DNA of 64,000 nt from Myxococcales bacterium (GTDB lineage Bacteria > Desulfobacterota > Binatia > HRBIN30), in the NCBI GenBank assembly GCA_037445065.1, contig JBBILD010000013.1, positions 34,992 to 98,991 on the forward strand, written 5' to 3'. Position numbers and translations under genes: made by a program. The notes under the pieces were generated by a model that saw only the letters and a program-made list of their open reading frames with translations, was not told the DNA's origin and did no database searches. Position 1 is the first letter of the stretch; the number at the start of each line of letters is the position of its first letter. This document shows, one piece after another, positions 40,941-50,834 of this stretch.

Positions 40941-42311
40941 ATGCCCTGCCCCAAGATGGCACGCCTGATCGCAGTCCCCGCCGCCCTCGCTTTTTTTGCC
41001 CTCACCTCCCGCCCGAGCGCAGCCCTTTCGTACACAAGGCACGTGCTCTCGAACGGCGTCATCGTCCTGGTTGCCGAGCAGCGGGCGGTGCCCATGGTCG
41101 TGATCCAAGGACTCATCGAGGCTGGATCGCGCCGCGACCCGATCGGCAAAGAAGGGCTCGCCTCCCTCACCGCTGATTTGCTCACCGAAGGAGCAGGCAC
41201 GCGCAGCGCAGCCGATCTGAGTCGGGAACTCGACTTTCTCGGCGCCCGCATCGAAACCAGCGCCGAAACGGACTACGCGGTAGCCTCGCTCGTCACCCTG
41301 AGCCGCCAGCTCGATCGCGCGCTCGCGTTGTTCGTGGACGTACTGACCCGCCCTAGCTTTCCGGCCACGGAGGTACAGCGCCGCCGGGAAGCGGCGTTGG
41401 CTGCCATCCGCGCCGAGCAAGACAACCCGGGCGCACTGGCGCAACGGAAGTTCCTTGAAGTGGTTTTCGGCAACACCCCGTACGGCCACCCGCCGATCGG
41501 CAGCGCCGAGCACGTCCCACGCCTCGAGCGCAAGGACGTGGTGGACTTCTACCAGCAGTACTACCGCCCGAACGGAACCATTTTGGCGATTACGGGCGAC
41601 GTGAATTCCGCGGACATCCTGCGCCGCCTCGAAGAAGCGCTGGCACATTGGACGGCGCGCGAAGTCGAGCCGTTCCGCTATCCCGAAGTACTCCCCAGCA
41701 GCGAACGCATCGCCGTGATCGAAAAACCGCTCACGCAGGCCAACCTGGTGGTCGGCCACCGCGGTGTGGCGCGCAACAACCCCGATTTTTACGCCCTGAC
41801 GGTGATGAATTTCATTTTGGGTGGAGGAGGCTTCACCTCGCGCCTGGTCGAGAGCGTACGCGTGCAAGGCGGGCTTGCGTACTCGGTCGGCAGTTTTTTT
41901 ACCGCCAACCAGTTCCCCGGTACCTTTCAGGTGAGTTTGCAGACAAAAACCGCTTCGCTCGCCGATGCCTTGTCCCGTGTGTGCCGCGAAGTCGCGCGCA
42001 TCCGCTCTCAGCTCGTGAGCGAGGAGGAAATTGAAAACGCCAAGCTCTATCTCACTGGGAGTTTCCCCCTCCGCCTGGACAGCAACAGCAAGGTGGCAGC
42101 GTTCCTCGCACAAGTGGAGTTCTTCGGGCTCGGCCCGAACTTCGTCGAAGAATACTTGAACCGGATCCGCGCCGTTACCCGCGAGGACGTGCAGCGCGTC
42201 GCGCAGACCTATTTGAAACCGGAGGATCTGCGGCTGGTCGTGGTCGGAGCAGTGGATGCCGCCAGTTTGCCGCAGCCGTCCCCCTGCCCTCCCAGCAGCA
42301 ACGTACCATAG
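40941..42311 (+). CDS. M16-family peptidase, non-catalytic partner subunit
   Basis: Lacks HxxEH; ILGGGGFTSRL...GLAYSV motif. Confidence 0.9.
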   Translation: MPCPKMARLIAVPAALAFFALTSRPSAALSYTRHVLSNGVIVLVAEQRAVPMVVIQGLIEAGSRRDPIGKEGLASLTADLLTEGAGTRSAADLSRELDFLGARIETSAETDYAVASLVTLSRQLDRALALFVDVLTRPSFPATEVQRRREAALAAIRAEQDNPGALAQRKFLEVVFGNTPYGHPPIGSAEHVPRLERKDVVDFYQQYYRPNGTILAITGDVNSADILRRLEEALAHWTAREVEPFRYPEVLPSSERIAVIEKPLTQANLVVGHRGVARNNPDFYALTVMNFILGGGGFTSRLVESVRVQGGLAYSVGSFFTANQFPGTFQVSLQTKTASLADALSRVCREVARIRSQLVSEEEIENAKLYLTGSFPLRLDSNSKVAAFLAQVEFFGLGPNFVEEYLNRIRAVTREDVQRVAQTYLKPEDLRLVVVGAVDAASLPQPSPCPPSSNVP

Positions 42312-42334
42312 TTCCGCGCCGCGAGGAGGCAGAC

Positions 42335-44134
42335 GTGCCTCAGCCCGCTTCGCTTGCCTCCTCACCTTCTCCCGCACCCGCGGGGAGCGGCTGGTCCGTG
42401 CTCGCGTTGGCAGCGTTGGTCCTGGCGTGTTACCTGCCGACCCTCTCTTACGGCCTGGTTTGGGACGATCCCATTAGCATCCAGCGCTGGCTCCCAGCCT
42501 TGCAAACGCTCGGCGACTTCTTTTTCCCACCACCGAACATCCCTCAGTTTCCGCCGGATTACTACCGGCCGTTGCAACTCTTGTCCTACAAGCTCGATCT
42601 CCTGGTTGGGGGAGGCGCCGCTTGGGCCTTTCATGCGAGCAGCGTGGCGTGGCACCTCGCTTCCACGCTGCTTTGCTTTTTTGCGGCGCGGGCACTGCTC
42701 GGCGCGGAAGGTGCCCATTCGCGTGCAGCGTTTGTTGCTGCCGCACTGTTCGCGGTTCATCCCATTCACAGCGAGTCGGTGGCCTGGATGGCAGCTCGAC
42801 CCGATCCGATGGTGGCCACCTTTGCTCTGAGCGCCCTGCTTTTGGCCTTGCGCGGGACGCAGGGCTGGCGGACCGTGCTGGCCAGCAGCCTCTTTTTGCT
42901 GGCCGCTTTACTTTGCAAGGAAAACGCGCTTGCCGCTTGCCTGCTCATCCCCATCGCCGCGGTTCTGTTCGCGCCGGTACCGGTCCTTCCGCGCCGCGCC
43001 CAGCTCCAGCGCAACGCTCGCCTCACGCTCGCCGTCCGTTGGCTTGCCGGCTCCTCCGCCGCCTTGATCGTGTACCTCCTTCTGCGCGCCTACGGACTCG
43101 CAAACTACCAACGCGGCTCGTTTTCCCTGCCGGAGCAAGGACTCTGGTCTGTGCTCGGGGCAATAGGGTACTACTGGCACAAGCTCGTCTTTCCGCCTCC
43201 ACAAAGCGCGTATGTAGCGCGTGTGCCGGACAGCGCGCTGTACTTGGCGCTCGGCGCCCTGGGCCTGGGTTGCCTTGCCGGTCTGGGAGCGCGCGCTTGG
43301 CGGCACCGCCAGCCTGCTCTCGCCTTCGCGTGCTTGTGGCTCTTTTTTACCTTGCTTCCCTCGCTGGCGGTGCTGTTCCGCCCGCCCGCAGCGCCGGTGG
43401 CCGAGCGCTACGCGTACCTTCCCTCGCTTGCCGTTTGCTGGCTCGCAGGTCTTGCCTGGGAGCGGTTGGCCCGCGGCGGCCGAGTGCAACAGCGAGCCTC
43501 GATGGCGTTGGCCGTTCGGGTAGCCGCGGCAGGTCTGCTCGCAACCGTCCGGCGCAACCCGGTCTGGACCGACAACGTCTCGCTGTGGGCGGACACCGCC
43601 CGCCACGCAAGCGACGACGGGTTCGCCCTACGCAACCTTGGCGCGGCGCTCCTGGAGAACGGGCGCGATGAAGAAGCCGAACTCTCGTTGCGCCAAGCGC
43701 TGGAGAAGCGCAATCCCCCGAACGGCTTGTTCGCGATTTACAACAACCTGGCCACGATCGCCCTCAAGCGGCGAGACTGGCAAACGGCGCGCAGCTACTA
43801 CGAGCGGGCCTACGAAGCTGTTCCCGGAGCAGACACGATGTTCAACTTGGGCGTGCTGTTTTGGACCCAAAGCCAGCATCTGCCCGCCGAGCACCCCGAA
43901 CGGCATCGCCTCACGGAAGAAGCTCTGCGGCGCTTTCAGGCGGCGGCCGAAGCCAGTCCGTGGGACGCGGACATTCAAGTCGCTCTCGGCCAAGTGCAGC
44001 AAGCTTTGGGCGAGCTGAGCGCCGCAGCTCAGCACTACCGCCGGGCGTTGGAACTCGGGTTGACGGGCAGCCGCGCGCAACAAGTGCGGCGGCTGCTCGC
44101 CGAACTGCAAAACGAATCGGGGCGAGGCCGCTAG
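42335..44134 (+). CDS. TMTC-like GT-C membrane glycosyltransferase with C-terminal TPR repeats
   Basis: WDD, YYRP, FAVHPIHSESVAW, KE, AERYAYLP, RNPVWTDN; multiple TM helices followed by TPRs. Confidence 0.85.
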   Translation: MPQPASLASSPSPAPAGSGWSVLALAALVLACYLPTLSYGLVWDDPISIQRWLPALQTLGDFFFPPPNIPQFPPDYYRPLQLLSYKLDLLVGGGAAWAFHASSVAWHLASTLLCFFAARALLGAEGAHSRAAFVAAALFAVHPIHSESVAWMAARPDPMVATFALSALLLALRGTQGWRTVLASSLFLLAALLCKENALAACLLIPIAAVLFAPVPVLPRRAQLQRNARLTLAVRWLAGSSAALIVYLLLRAYGLANYQRGSFSLPEQGLWSVLGAIGYYWHKLVFPPPQSAYVARVPDSALYLALGALGLGCLAGLGARAWRHRQPALAFACLWLFFTLLPSLAVLFRPPAAPVAERYAYLPSLAVCWLAGLAWERLARGGRVQQRASMALAVRVAAAGLLATVRRNPVWTDNVSLWADTARHASDDGFALRNLGAALLENGRDEEAELSLRQALEKRNPPNGLFAIYNNLATIALKRRDWQTARSYYERAYEAVPGADTMFNLGVLFWTQSQHLPAEHPERHRLTEEALRRFQAAAEASPWDADIQVALGQVQQALGELSAAAQHYRRALELGLTGSRAQQVRRLLAELQNESGRGR

Positions 44135-44152
44135 AGCTGCCTCGCCCCGATT
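44115..44152. terminator. 14-bp perfect inverted repeat between convergent genes
   Basis: AATCGGGGCGAGGC-N10-GCCTCGCCCCGATT overlapping the glycosyltransferase stop; no U-tract. Confidence 0.5.
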
Positions 44153-44174
44153 GCGACGGGCGTTGGCCGCGCGC

Positions 44175-45194
44175 TTACTCCACCAGAAGTTCGACCCGGC
44201 GGTTCTGGGCGCGACCCTCGGCGGTGTCGTTACTGGCCACCGGTTCCGACTCACCCACGCCCTTCACCCGCAGGCGCGACGCAGAGATGCCCTTGCGCAC
44301 CAGGTAGTCGCGCACTGCTTGAGCGCGCCGCTGCGAGAGGCGCAAGTTGTACGCTTCGGAGCCCACGCTGTCAGTGTGGCCGACAATGAGAACCTCTACT
44401 TCCAACTCGGCCTTCAGGGTTTCGGCCGCTTCATCGAGAATGCGCGCGGCATCGGGCCGAATGGTGGCCTTATCGAAATCGAAGTTCACGCCGCGCAAAA
44501 CGATTTTCTTCTTGGCCGGAGGAGGCGGAGGAGGAGGTGGTGCTTGAGCGACCACCGGCGGAGGCGGTGGAGGCGGCGGAACAGAAGGTGCGTTGAAACG
44601 ATACTTGAAGCTGATGCCACCCACTGCCCAACGGGCGTCGCTCGGGCCTTGATCCTCGAGGGCAAGGCCGGTCAGAAAGGTCGGGCGCGGTGCCTGATAG
44701 GCGCGGTGCCAGCGGCCAAAGACTCCCACCGAGAGGTGATCATCCAAGTAGTAATCCAACCCGCCACCGGCCAAAAACCCAGGCGAGGTTTGCGTGAGCC
44801 GGCCGCTCAGCCCCGTAAAGCCACCACCTTGCACAGTCCCGTACAACTCGACGTTTTCGCCGAGGGGGATCTGCGCGCGCGGCCCAATGGTGTATCCTAA
44901 CAGGGTGGTCCACTCGTTTTCTTTGCGAATGCCACGGCGCGGGAAGTTATCCGGCTCCTGGCCGCTCACGCTGATATTTGCCTGTAGGCCCAAGTAATCG
45001 TTCCACATGTAGCCCACAAAAGGGCCTCCGGAGATACCTGCCTCGGCATGCGCGCGGTAGTTGGAGTTGGTGGGGACAGATGCACCGACGTCCAACCCAA
45101 CAAACGGTCCGTCCACGGCATCCGCCCGCCCTACTCCGAGCGCGACCAACAGAGCCGCAAGCGCGAGCCTAGCCGTGCCTCTCATGTGTCTCAT
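44175..45194 (-). CDS. OmpA-family outer membrane protein (beta-barrel, Pro linker, OmpA_C)
   Basis: Signal peptide, poly-Pro linker, VNFDFDK, GHTDSVG, NLRLSQRRA, NRRVE. Confidence 0.93.
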   Translation of the reverse strand: MRHMRGTARLALAALLVALGVGRADAVDGPFVGLDVGASVPTNSNYRAHAEAGISGGPFVGYMWNDYLGLQANISVSGQEPDNFPRRGIRKENEWTTLLGYTIGPRAQIPLGENVELYGTVQGGGFTGLSGRLTQTSPGFLAGGGLDYYLDDHLSVGVFGRWHRAYQAPRPTFLTGLALEDQGPSDARWAVGGISFKYRFNAPSVPPPPPPPPVVAQAPPPPPPPPAKKKIVLRGVNFDFDKATIRPDAARILDEAAETLKAELEVEVLIVGHTDSVGSEAYNLRLSQRRAQAVRDYLVRKGISASRLRVKGVGESEPVASNDTAEGRAQNRRVELLVE

Positions 45195-45351
45195 CAGACT
45201 CCTCCTTTCCCAGGCTCATCCAGCGCCTGGCTTCCACGGTTCGTCGGTCCCTTTGCGGAACGCTGCCGGTTGATAGATTCGATCCGCGCGCAGTCAAGGC
45301 CGTAAACCGAAAAAGTTGGCGCACTGCGTCTACGCTGGTAGAGTGCGTGTC

Positions 45352-46299
45352 ATGCAGGCGGTGTGGTTCGAAGCAGGGAAGGTCTGCGTGCGATCCGTCG
45401 CTCCCGGGCCGCTTCGCCCGGGCTTTGCCCGCCTCCGGGTACGGCTGGCTGGGATTTGCCGCACCGACATCGAATTACTGCGTGGCTACATGGGGTTTAC
45501 TGGGATCCCCGGCCACGAGTTTGTGGGCGAAGTCAGGGAAGGTCCGCCGGAGTGGCTCGGCCGCCGGGTTGTCGCCGAGATCAACTTTGGCTGCGGCGGG
45601 TGCTCCTGGTGTATGAGCGGCCTGGCCCGCCACTGCCCGCAGCGGTCGGTGCTCGGCATCGCGCAGGCAGCGGGTGCGTTTGCAGAGTTCGTGGACGTCC
45701 CGGTGGCCAACCTGCACGCGGTTCCCAATGCGGTGGAAGATGAGGCTGCCGTGTTCACCGAGCCGCTTGCGGCAGCGTTCGAGATCGCCGAACAGATCCA
45801 TCTCCTGCCAGGCAGCGAAGGCTTGGTACTGGGCGACGGCAAGCTAGGCCTGCTCATCGCCCGGGTGTTGCACCTGCTCGGGGTACGAGTGCACCTAGTG
45901 GGCAAACACCCGCACAAACTGGCGCTTGCAGAAAAAAGCGGTGTGACCGCCACCAGCCTCGACGATTTCGTTCCTCGACCGTACCCCGTAGTGGTGGAAG
46001 CAACCGGCCGGAAGGAGGGCTTCGCGCTGGCCGTCGAGTGCGTGCGCCCGCGCGGCACGCTGGTACTCAAGACCACCGTGGCGGAGCGCAACGAACTCGA
46101 TCTGGCGCGGCTCGTGGTTCACGAAATCCGGGTTCAGGGCTCGCGCTGTGGTCCGTTCTCCCCTGCCCTGGAGGCGCTCGAGCAAGGTTGGGTGCAGGTC
46201 ACGGATTTGATCGCGGCGCGCTACCCCCTTGCGCAAGCGGAGGCGGCACTGGCCAGGGCCCAACAACCAGGAACACTCAAAGTGCTTCTCGAGCCCTAA
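45352..46299 (+). CDS. Zinc-dependent MDR alcohol dehydrogenase-like protein
   Basis: GICRTD, GHEFVG, CGGCSWC...HC, GDGKLG, GSRCGPF. Confidence 0.9.
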   Translation: MQAVWFEAGKVCVRSVAPGPLRPGFARLRVRLAGICRTDIELLRGYMGFTGIPGHEFVGEVREGPPEWLGRRVVAEINFGCGGCSWCMSGLARHCPQRSVLGIAQAAGAFAEFVDVPVANLHAVPNAVEDEAAVFTEPLAAAFEIAEQIHLLPGSEGLVLGDGKLGLLIARVLHLLGVRVHLVGKHPHKLALAEKSGVTATSLDDFVPRPYPVVVEATGRKEGFALAVECVRPRGTLVLKTTVAERNELDLARLVVHEIRVQGSRCGPFSPALEALEQGWVQVTDLIAARYPLAQAEAALARAQQPGTLKVLLEP

Positions 46300-46318
46300 G
46301 AACCCGCTCCCGACCCGT

Positions 46319-46780
46319 TCAGCCGCGCGGCAGTTGCACCAGCTCGATGCGAGTACCGTCCGGGTCGGTCACAAACACGGCCGCCGCACCGAGGGCGGGA
46401 AGATCGATGCGCGACTCCTCGATCACGCGCCCCCCGTGCGCGCACAAGCGGGCCACTTCCTCGTCCAACTGCTCCACTTGAAAGGAGAGGTGCGTTAGCC
46501 CAGCCTGGTTCATGGCCCGCGGCGTGGTCTCGGAAAACGCTCCCGGGCGCGGATAATGCAGGAGTTCGATCCGCACCCCATCGCGCTCCACGTACACGGC
46601 TTGCAGCGAGACGTTGGGCAACTGAAGCAAAGTTGCCGCAGGCTCGCCCTCGATGGCCAAATCCGAGACCCGTTCGAAGCCGAGGCCGTTGCAGTAAAAG
46701 TCGAGCGCGCGATCCAGGTCGGTCACGCACAGCCCGATGTGGGTGAGCCGCATCCGTACCATGCGCTTGCTTGTCGGCAT
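46319..46780 (-). CDS. VOC/glyoxalase-family protein
   Basis: THIGLCV, IELL, THLSF, DPDGTRIEL. Confidence 0.88.
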   Translation of the reverse strand: MPTSKRMVRMRLTHIGLCVTDLDRALDFYCNGLGFERVSDLAIEGEPAATLLQLPNVSLQAVYVERDGVRIELLHYPRPGAFSETTPRAMNQAGLTHLSFQVEQLDEEVARLCAHGGRVIEESRIDLPALGAAAVFVTDPDGTRIELVQLPRG

Positions 46781-46872
46781 GAAACAGGAGCGCAGTCAAG
46801 CGACACGGGGAGGCATCTTGAAACCTGTGCCGTGCTGCGAGTACAAGCCAGCTCGGTCACAAAGGGGGAAGC

Positions 46873-47601
46873 GTGAGCTGGCTCAATGACTTGACCTCGT
46901 TTGCGGCAACCGCCGCTCGCCTGGGGCGCGGCTTCCAGGCCCGCGTCACTCGTACGGAGCGGGATGGCCCGAAGCAGCTTCTTACCTTGTTCGACTTCGA
47001 AGCTTGCCCCTACTGCCGGAAAGTGCGCGAGGTGCTCACGGAACTCGACCTAGACTACCTGTGCTTGCCGGTCGCACAGGGAAGCCCGCGCCGCGCTGTA
47101 CTCAAGCGGCGCGGTGGCAAAGTGCAAGTGCCCTTTCTGAGCGATCCGAACACCAGCGCTTCGATGTACGAGTCCGACGACATCGTCGCGTACCTGTTCC
47201 GAACCTATGGAAACGGTGCGCAAAGCCCGTGGTTCGTGCCCCTTCCCGGGCTTGCCAACAACGCGCTTTCCTTCGCCGCCAGCGCGTGGCGGATGGGGCG
47301 CGGCAGCCGCTGCCGGGTGCCGAACAGCCGGCGTCGGCTCCAACCGCTCGAGCTCTTCAATATGGAAGGCTCGCCTTACTGCCGAAAAGTGCGCGAAGTG
47401 CTGAGCGAACTCGACCTCGAATACATTGTGCGCAACGTGCCGCGGGGCAGCCCGCAACGCGAAGAACTGGCGCGGCGCGGCGGCAAAGTGCAAGTGCCGT
47501 TTCTGGTGGACCCCAATACGAAAACCGCCATGTACGAGTCGGACGAAATCGTCGCCTACCTGGAACGCGAGTACGGGGCACACGGTAAGGAGGAGAAATG
47601 A
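46873..47601 (+). CDS. Tandem glutathione S-transferase N-terminal/glutaredoxin-like domain protein
   Basis: Internal duplication: ACPYCRKVRE...GGKVQVPFL..PNT..MYESD and GSPYCRKVRE...GGKVQVPFL..PNT..MYESD. Confidence 0.88.
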   Translation: MSWLNDLTSFAATAARLGRGFQARVTRTERDGPKQLLTLFDFEACPYCRKVREVLTELDLDYLCLPVAQGSPRRAVLKRRGGKVQVPFLSDPNTSASMYESDDIVAYLFRTYGNGAQSPWFVPLPGLANNALSFAASAWRMGRGSRCRVPNSRRRLQPLELFNMEGSPYCRKVREVLSELDLEYIVRNVPRGSPQREELARRGGKVQVPFLVDPNTKTAMYESDEIVAYLEREYGAHGKEEK

Positions 47602-48026
47602 CGCGCGACCCGGGTACGGGCGGCTGGCTGCTCAAGACAGAACCATCCCAGTATTCGTTTGCCGACTTGGAACGCGAGCGGCGCACCGTGTGGGATGGAA
47701 TTACCAATCCGCAAGCCCTGCGGCTGCTGCACTCGATTCGGGAAGGAGACTGGCTGCTCATTTACCACACGGGGGAGGAACGGGCCGCGGTGGGGATCGC
47801 GCGTTGCGCCCGCTCTGCCTCGCCAGAACGGCCCGGCCCGCGATCGCAGTGGATCGAGGTCGAGGTGGCGCAGAGACTGCCGCGCCCGGTAGCGCTCCAG
47901 GAAATCAAGCAACACCCGGCCTTCGCGAACTCCCCCTTGCTGCGCCAGCCCCGCTTGTCCGTGGTGCCGCTCACCCTCGCCCAATGGACGGCGATCGAAG
48001 CAATGGCGCGCGGTGAGCGAGCGTGA
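47598..48026 (+). CDS. EVE domain protein
   Basis: WLLKTEP, WDGITN, YHTG, LRQPRLSV. Confidence 0.9.
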   Translation: MTRDPGTGGWLLKTEPSQYSFADLERERRTVWDGITNPQALRLLHSIREGDWLLIYHTGEERAAVGIARCARSASPERPGPRSQWIEVEVAQRLPRPVALQEIKQHPAFANSPLLRQPRLSVVPLTLAQWTAIEAMARGERA

Positions 48027-48095
48027 ATGGTGCCGCAAAATCCGCTTGCCTAACCTCGACCGTTGCGGCAAACCCTGAAGCAGGGAGAGGTGGCG

Positions 48096-48440
48096 ATGCG
48101 AGCCGGGCTTCGAAGGGTGCTGGGCAAAGGAATCCTGCGATCACTCCGCCGTGTTGTGCGCGCTGTGATTGCTCTGCCGTTCGTGTGCCTGCTTTCCCTC
48201 ACCGGCGCGCTGGCGCAAACCTCGCTCTCCAATCAAGCCATGCGCAGCGTCGGCGATGATCCGCGTGGGCTACCCGTGGAAGTGTTCGTGCAAAAGCCGC
48301 TACCGCTACTGGCCCGCGAGATGCTCCTGCAAAACCACCTGGACGAACACAACAACACCCCTCGCCCCCAGCGCAAAGGCGTACAAGTCGAGGTGTTCGC
48401 TCCGGGCGACTTCGGCGTGGTCGTTCGCTACCGCTGGTAA
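48096..48440 (+). CDS. Hypothetical exported protein
   Basis: RBS GGGAGAGG; signal-like segment ending ALA-Q; C-terminal aromatic VRYRW. Confidence 0.6.
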   Translation: MRAGLRRVLGKGILRSLRRVVRAVIALPFVCLLSLTGALAQTSLSNQAMRSVGDDPRGLPVEVFVQKPLPLLAREMLLQNHLDEHNNTPRPQRKGVQVEVFAPGDFGVVVRYRW

Positions 48441-48534
48441 GCCCCCCACAGCGCGGCTCCGGAGAAGCCGTCCACCTGTTCACAAACCTTCGCCGTTGTT
48501 GCCGATGAGGTAGAGGTGTGCGCCGGGACCAATC

Positions 48535-49030
48535 GTGCCTAGCGCGCCCCTACAGGGTTGCACCAGGGGCAAAAAACAACGACCGGTTCCCCAAGTTGGC
48601 GCTGCGCGCGAACCCCAGACTGTATTGGCGCAACGCTTTCAGCGTTGCCGGCGGTAGTGGGCAGCGTGGATGTTTCGCAACAGCGTTGCGGTGAGATCGC
48701 GGGCGGCCACAAGGGCCGCCCCTAAACTCCTGATGGTGGCGAACCGCATACGCCGGGGCATCGTGGTGACAGAATCACGGGCGGCCACAAGGGCCGCCCC
48801 CACACCCTGCTCGCGGGCAAGGCCGTACCCCGGTCGTGGCGGGCGCCGTCGGACGCTCCATTCGCCATTCGCCATTCTCTATTCGCCATTCGCCATTCGC
48901 GATTCCCCACCACAAAGTGGGTGTCCGTAAAACGTGTGCGCAGGCGGCATCGTTGCGGGTGTGGGCGCACGCCGTTGCCAAGGAAATGTAGGGGCAGGCC
49001 TTGTGCCTGCCCGAGTTCTGAATCGCACCG
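48535..49030. repeat. Composite REP/BIME-like repeat cluster 2
   Basis: Palindromes at 48701-48725, 48779-48803, 48988-49012; CATTCGC tandem at about 48859-48905; GTGGGTGTCC at 48917. Confidence 0.85.
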
Positions 49031-49144
49031 AATGCATTAGGGCGCCACCCGCCGCCCGTACGACGCGGTCCACGACAATCGCCACTTACGATTCGCCCGT
49101 GCACCGAGCGCTGCTGGCCGTTCGAGGCGGGCCGGTTCGTTGTC

Positions 49145-50185
49145 CTACGGGTGCAGCCAGACTTTGAGGCAGCCATCGGCGCGGGTATCGAAGAGGCGAT
49201 ACGCCTGCGGTGCTTCCTCGAGCGCGAAGCGATGCGTGACCAGCGGCGCGAGCGAGAGGCGGCCGGCACGAACCAATCCGAAGAGCCGGGGCAAGAAGTG
49301 TCCCACGTTCACCAAGCCAACGCGCACAGTGACGTCCTTGAGCAGCGCGGTCCCCATTGGAAACGGGAAATCGTCTCGAATCAAAACGCCGACCACGGAG
49401 ATCGTTCCGCCGATGCGAACCAACTCGAAACACAGGCGCATGGTCTCCGTGCTGCCCACCGCTTCGATCACCGCATCCGCACCCCGCCCGGCAGTGACTT
49501 CGCGTACCGCTGCGGCGACGTCGAGCGCGCTGGCGTCCAGTACATGCGTGGCAAAACGCCGCGCCGCCTCCAAGCGGTCGCGCACCCGATCTACGGCGAT
49601 CAACTGCGCCGGTGAGAACAAGGCCGCACTCTGCAAGGCGCACAAGCCGACCGGCCCGCAGCCGACAACGACCACGGAGTCACCCGGGCGGATGTCCGCA
49701 TTGCGCGCGGCGTAAAAGCCTGTGGGACCGATGTCGGTCAGGAGCAAGGCGTCTTCGTCCGACACCTCCGCCGGAATCGGGCGTAGGTTAAATTCGGCTG
49801 CCGGCACCGCCACCATTTCTGCCTGCGCACCCGGCAACAAGGGTGACACTCCGAACACTTTTGCCACCAGCTGCTCGCAGCCCACCACGTACGATTCGCG
49901 GCAGGAAGAACACTCGCCACAGCCGACCACCGCCGGTACCAAGACCCGCTGGCCCGGGCGCACGCGGCGCACGGCTCCCCCCACCTCCTCGACCGTGCCG
50001 ATACCCTCATGGCCGAGAATCGTCCCGGGGATCACTGGCACGAGGCCGTGGTACAGGTGCAAGTCCGAGCCGCAAATCGAACTTGCTTCCACCCGCACCA
50101 GAGCACTGCGGTCATCGAAGAGAGCCGCGTCGGCAACACGCTCCACTCGCACGTCACTCGCCCCGTGCCAAACCACTGCCCTCAT
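49145..50185 (-). CDS. Zinc-dependent alcohol/formaldehyde dehydrogenase-like protein (MDR)
   Basis: ICGSDLH, GHEGIG, CGECSSC...C, GAQAE, GCGPVG. Confidence 0.92.
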   Translation of the reverse strand: MRAVVWHGASDVRVERVADAALFDDRSALVRVEASSICGSDLHLYHGLVPVIPGTILGHEGIGTVEEVGGAVRRVRPGQRVLVPAVVGCGECSSCRESYVVGCEQLVAKVFGVSPLLPGAQAEMVAVPAAEFNLRPIPAEVSDEDALLLTDIGPTGFYAARNADIRPGDSVVVVGCGPVGLCALQSAALFSPAQLIAVDRVRDRLEAARRFATHVLDASALDVAAAVREVTAGRGADAVIEAVGSTETMRLCFELVRIGGTISVVGVLIRDDFPFPMGTALLKDVTVRVGLVNVGHFLPRLFGLVRAGRLSLAPLVTHRFALEEAPQAYRLFDTRADGCLKVWLHP

Positions 50186-50221
50186 CGCATGTTCTCCTTC
50201 TTCCCCGCGGGCCGAGGGTCA

Positions 50222-50734
50222 TCAAACCAATAAAGCAATCAGGAACGCCACCCCCATCGTGCACAACGCAATCAACTTGGCAAGGAATCCTCGCCAGCGG
50301 CCGCGCATGGCTGCCACACCTGTCGCCCACATTTCGCGCACCGCTCCTCCTTCCCAGGCCACGCCGAGCGCCGCTCCAGCAAAGGTTCCCAGCAACGCTC
50401 CGGGGAGCGCGCCGAGTCCGAACAGCAGCGGCGCGCCGAGCATCGCCCCCACAACGCCTCCGAGCAGCGTGCAGACAAGAACCCGCCACGAGGGGCGCGA
50501 GCGCGCCGCGGACGATACGCCCAGATAGAACTCGAGCAGTTCCCCAGCGGTGGCCAACGCGAACAAGCCCAGCACCGTCCACCCACCCACCACCAAAAAG
50601 CCGGTCCACCACGCGAACAACGCCGCGGCTAGCCAAAACAGCCAGATTCCCGGAAGCCCGAGGATCAGAAGGGCGAGTCCAGCCGCGGTCCCCGCGATGG
50701 CGATCAGCATTCCCGCCACGATTTCCCAAGTCAT
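50222..50734 (-). CDS. DUF456-family membrane protein
   Basis: Gly-rich multi-TM protein, LGLPGIWL, GALLGTFAGA. Confidence 0.75.
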   Translation of the reverse strand: MTWEIVAGMLIAIAGTAAGLALLILGLPGIWLFWLAAALFAWWTGFLVVGGWTVLGLFALATAGELLEFYLGVSSAARSRPSWRVLVCTLLGGVVGAMLGAPLLFGLGALPGALLGTFAGAALGVAWEGGAVREMWATGVAAMRGRWRGFLAKLIALCTMGVAFLIALLV

Positions 50735-50834
50735 GGATTCTACGGTGCCACCGCGTTCATTTTCCCGCACGGCTTCCGCGCTGTTCGCAGAAGCGTTTGC
50801 TCAAATCCGGCAAACTTGCATACTGTACGCCAAA

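Noticed and set aside
47598..48026. EVE protein as part of a modification-dependent defence system
   Set aside because: Stand-alone Thy1-like EVE with no adjacent nuclease, toxin or methylase
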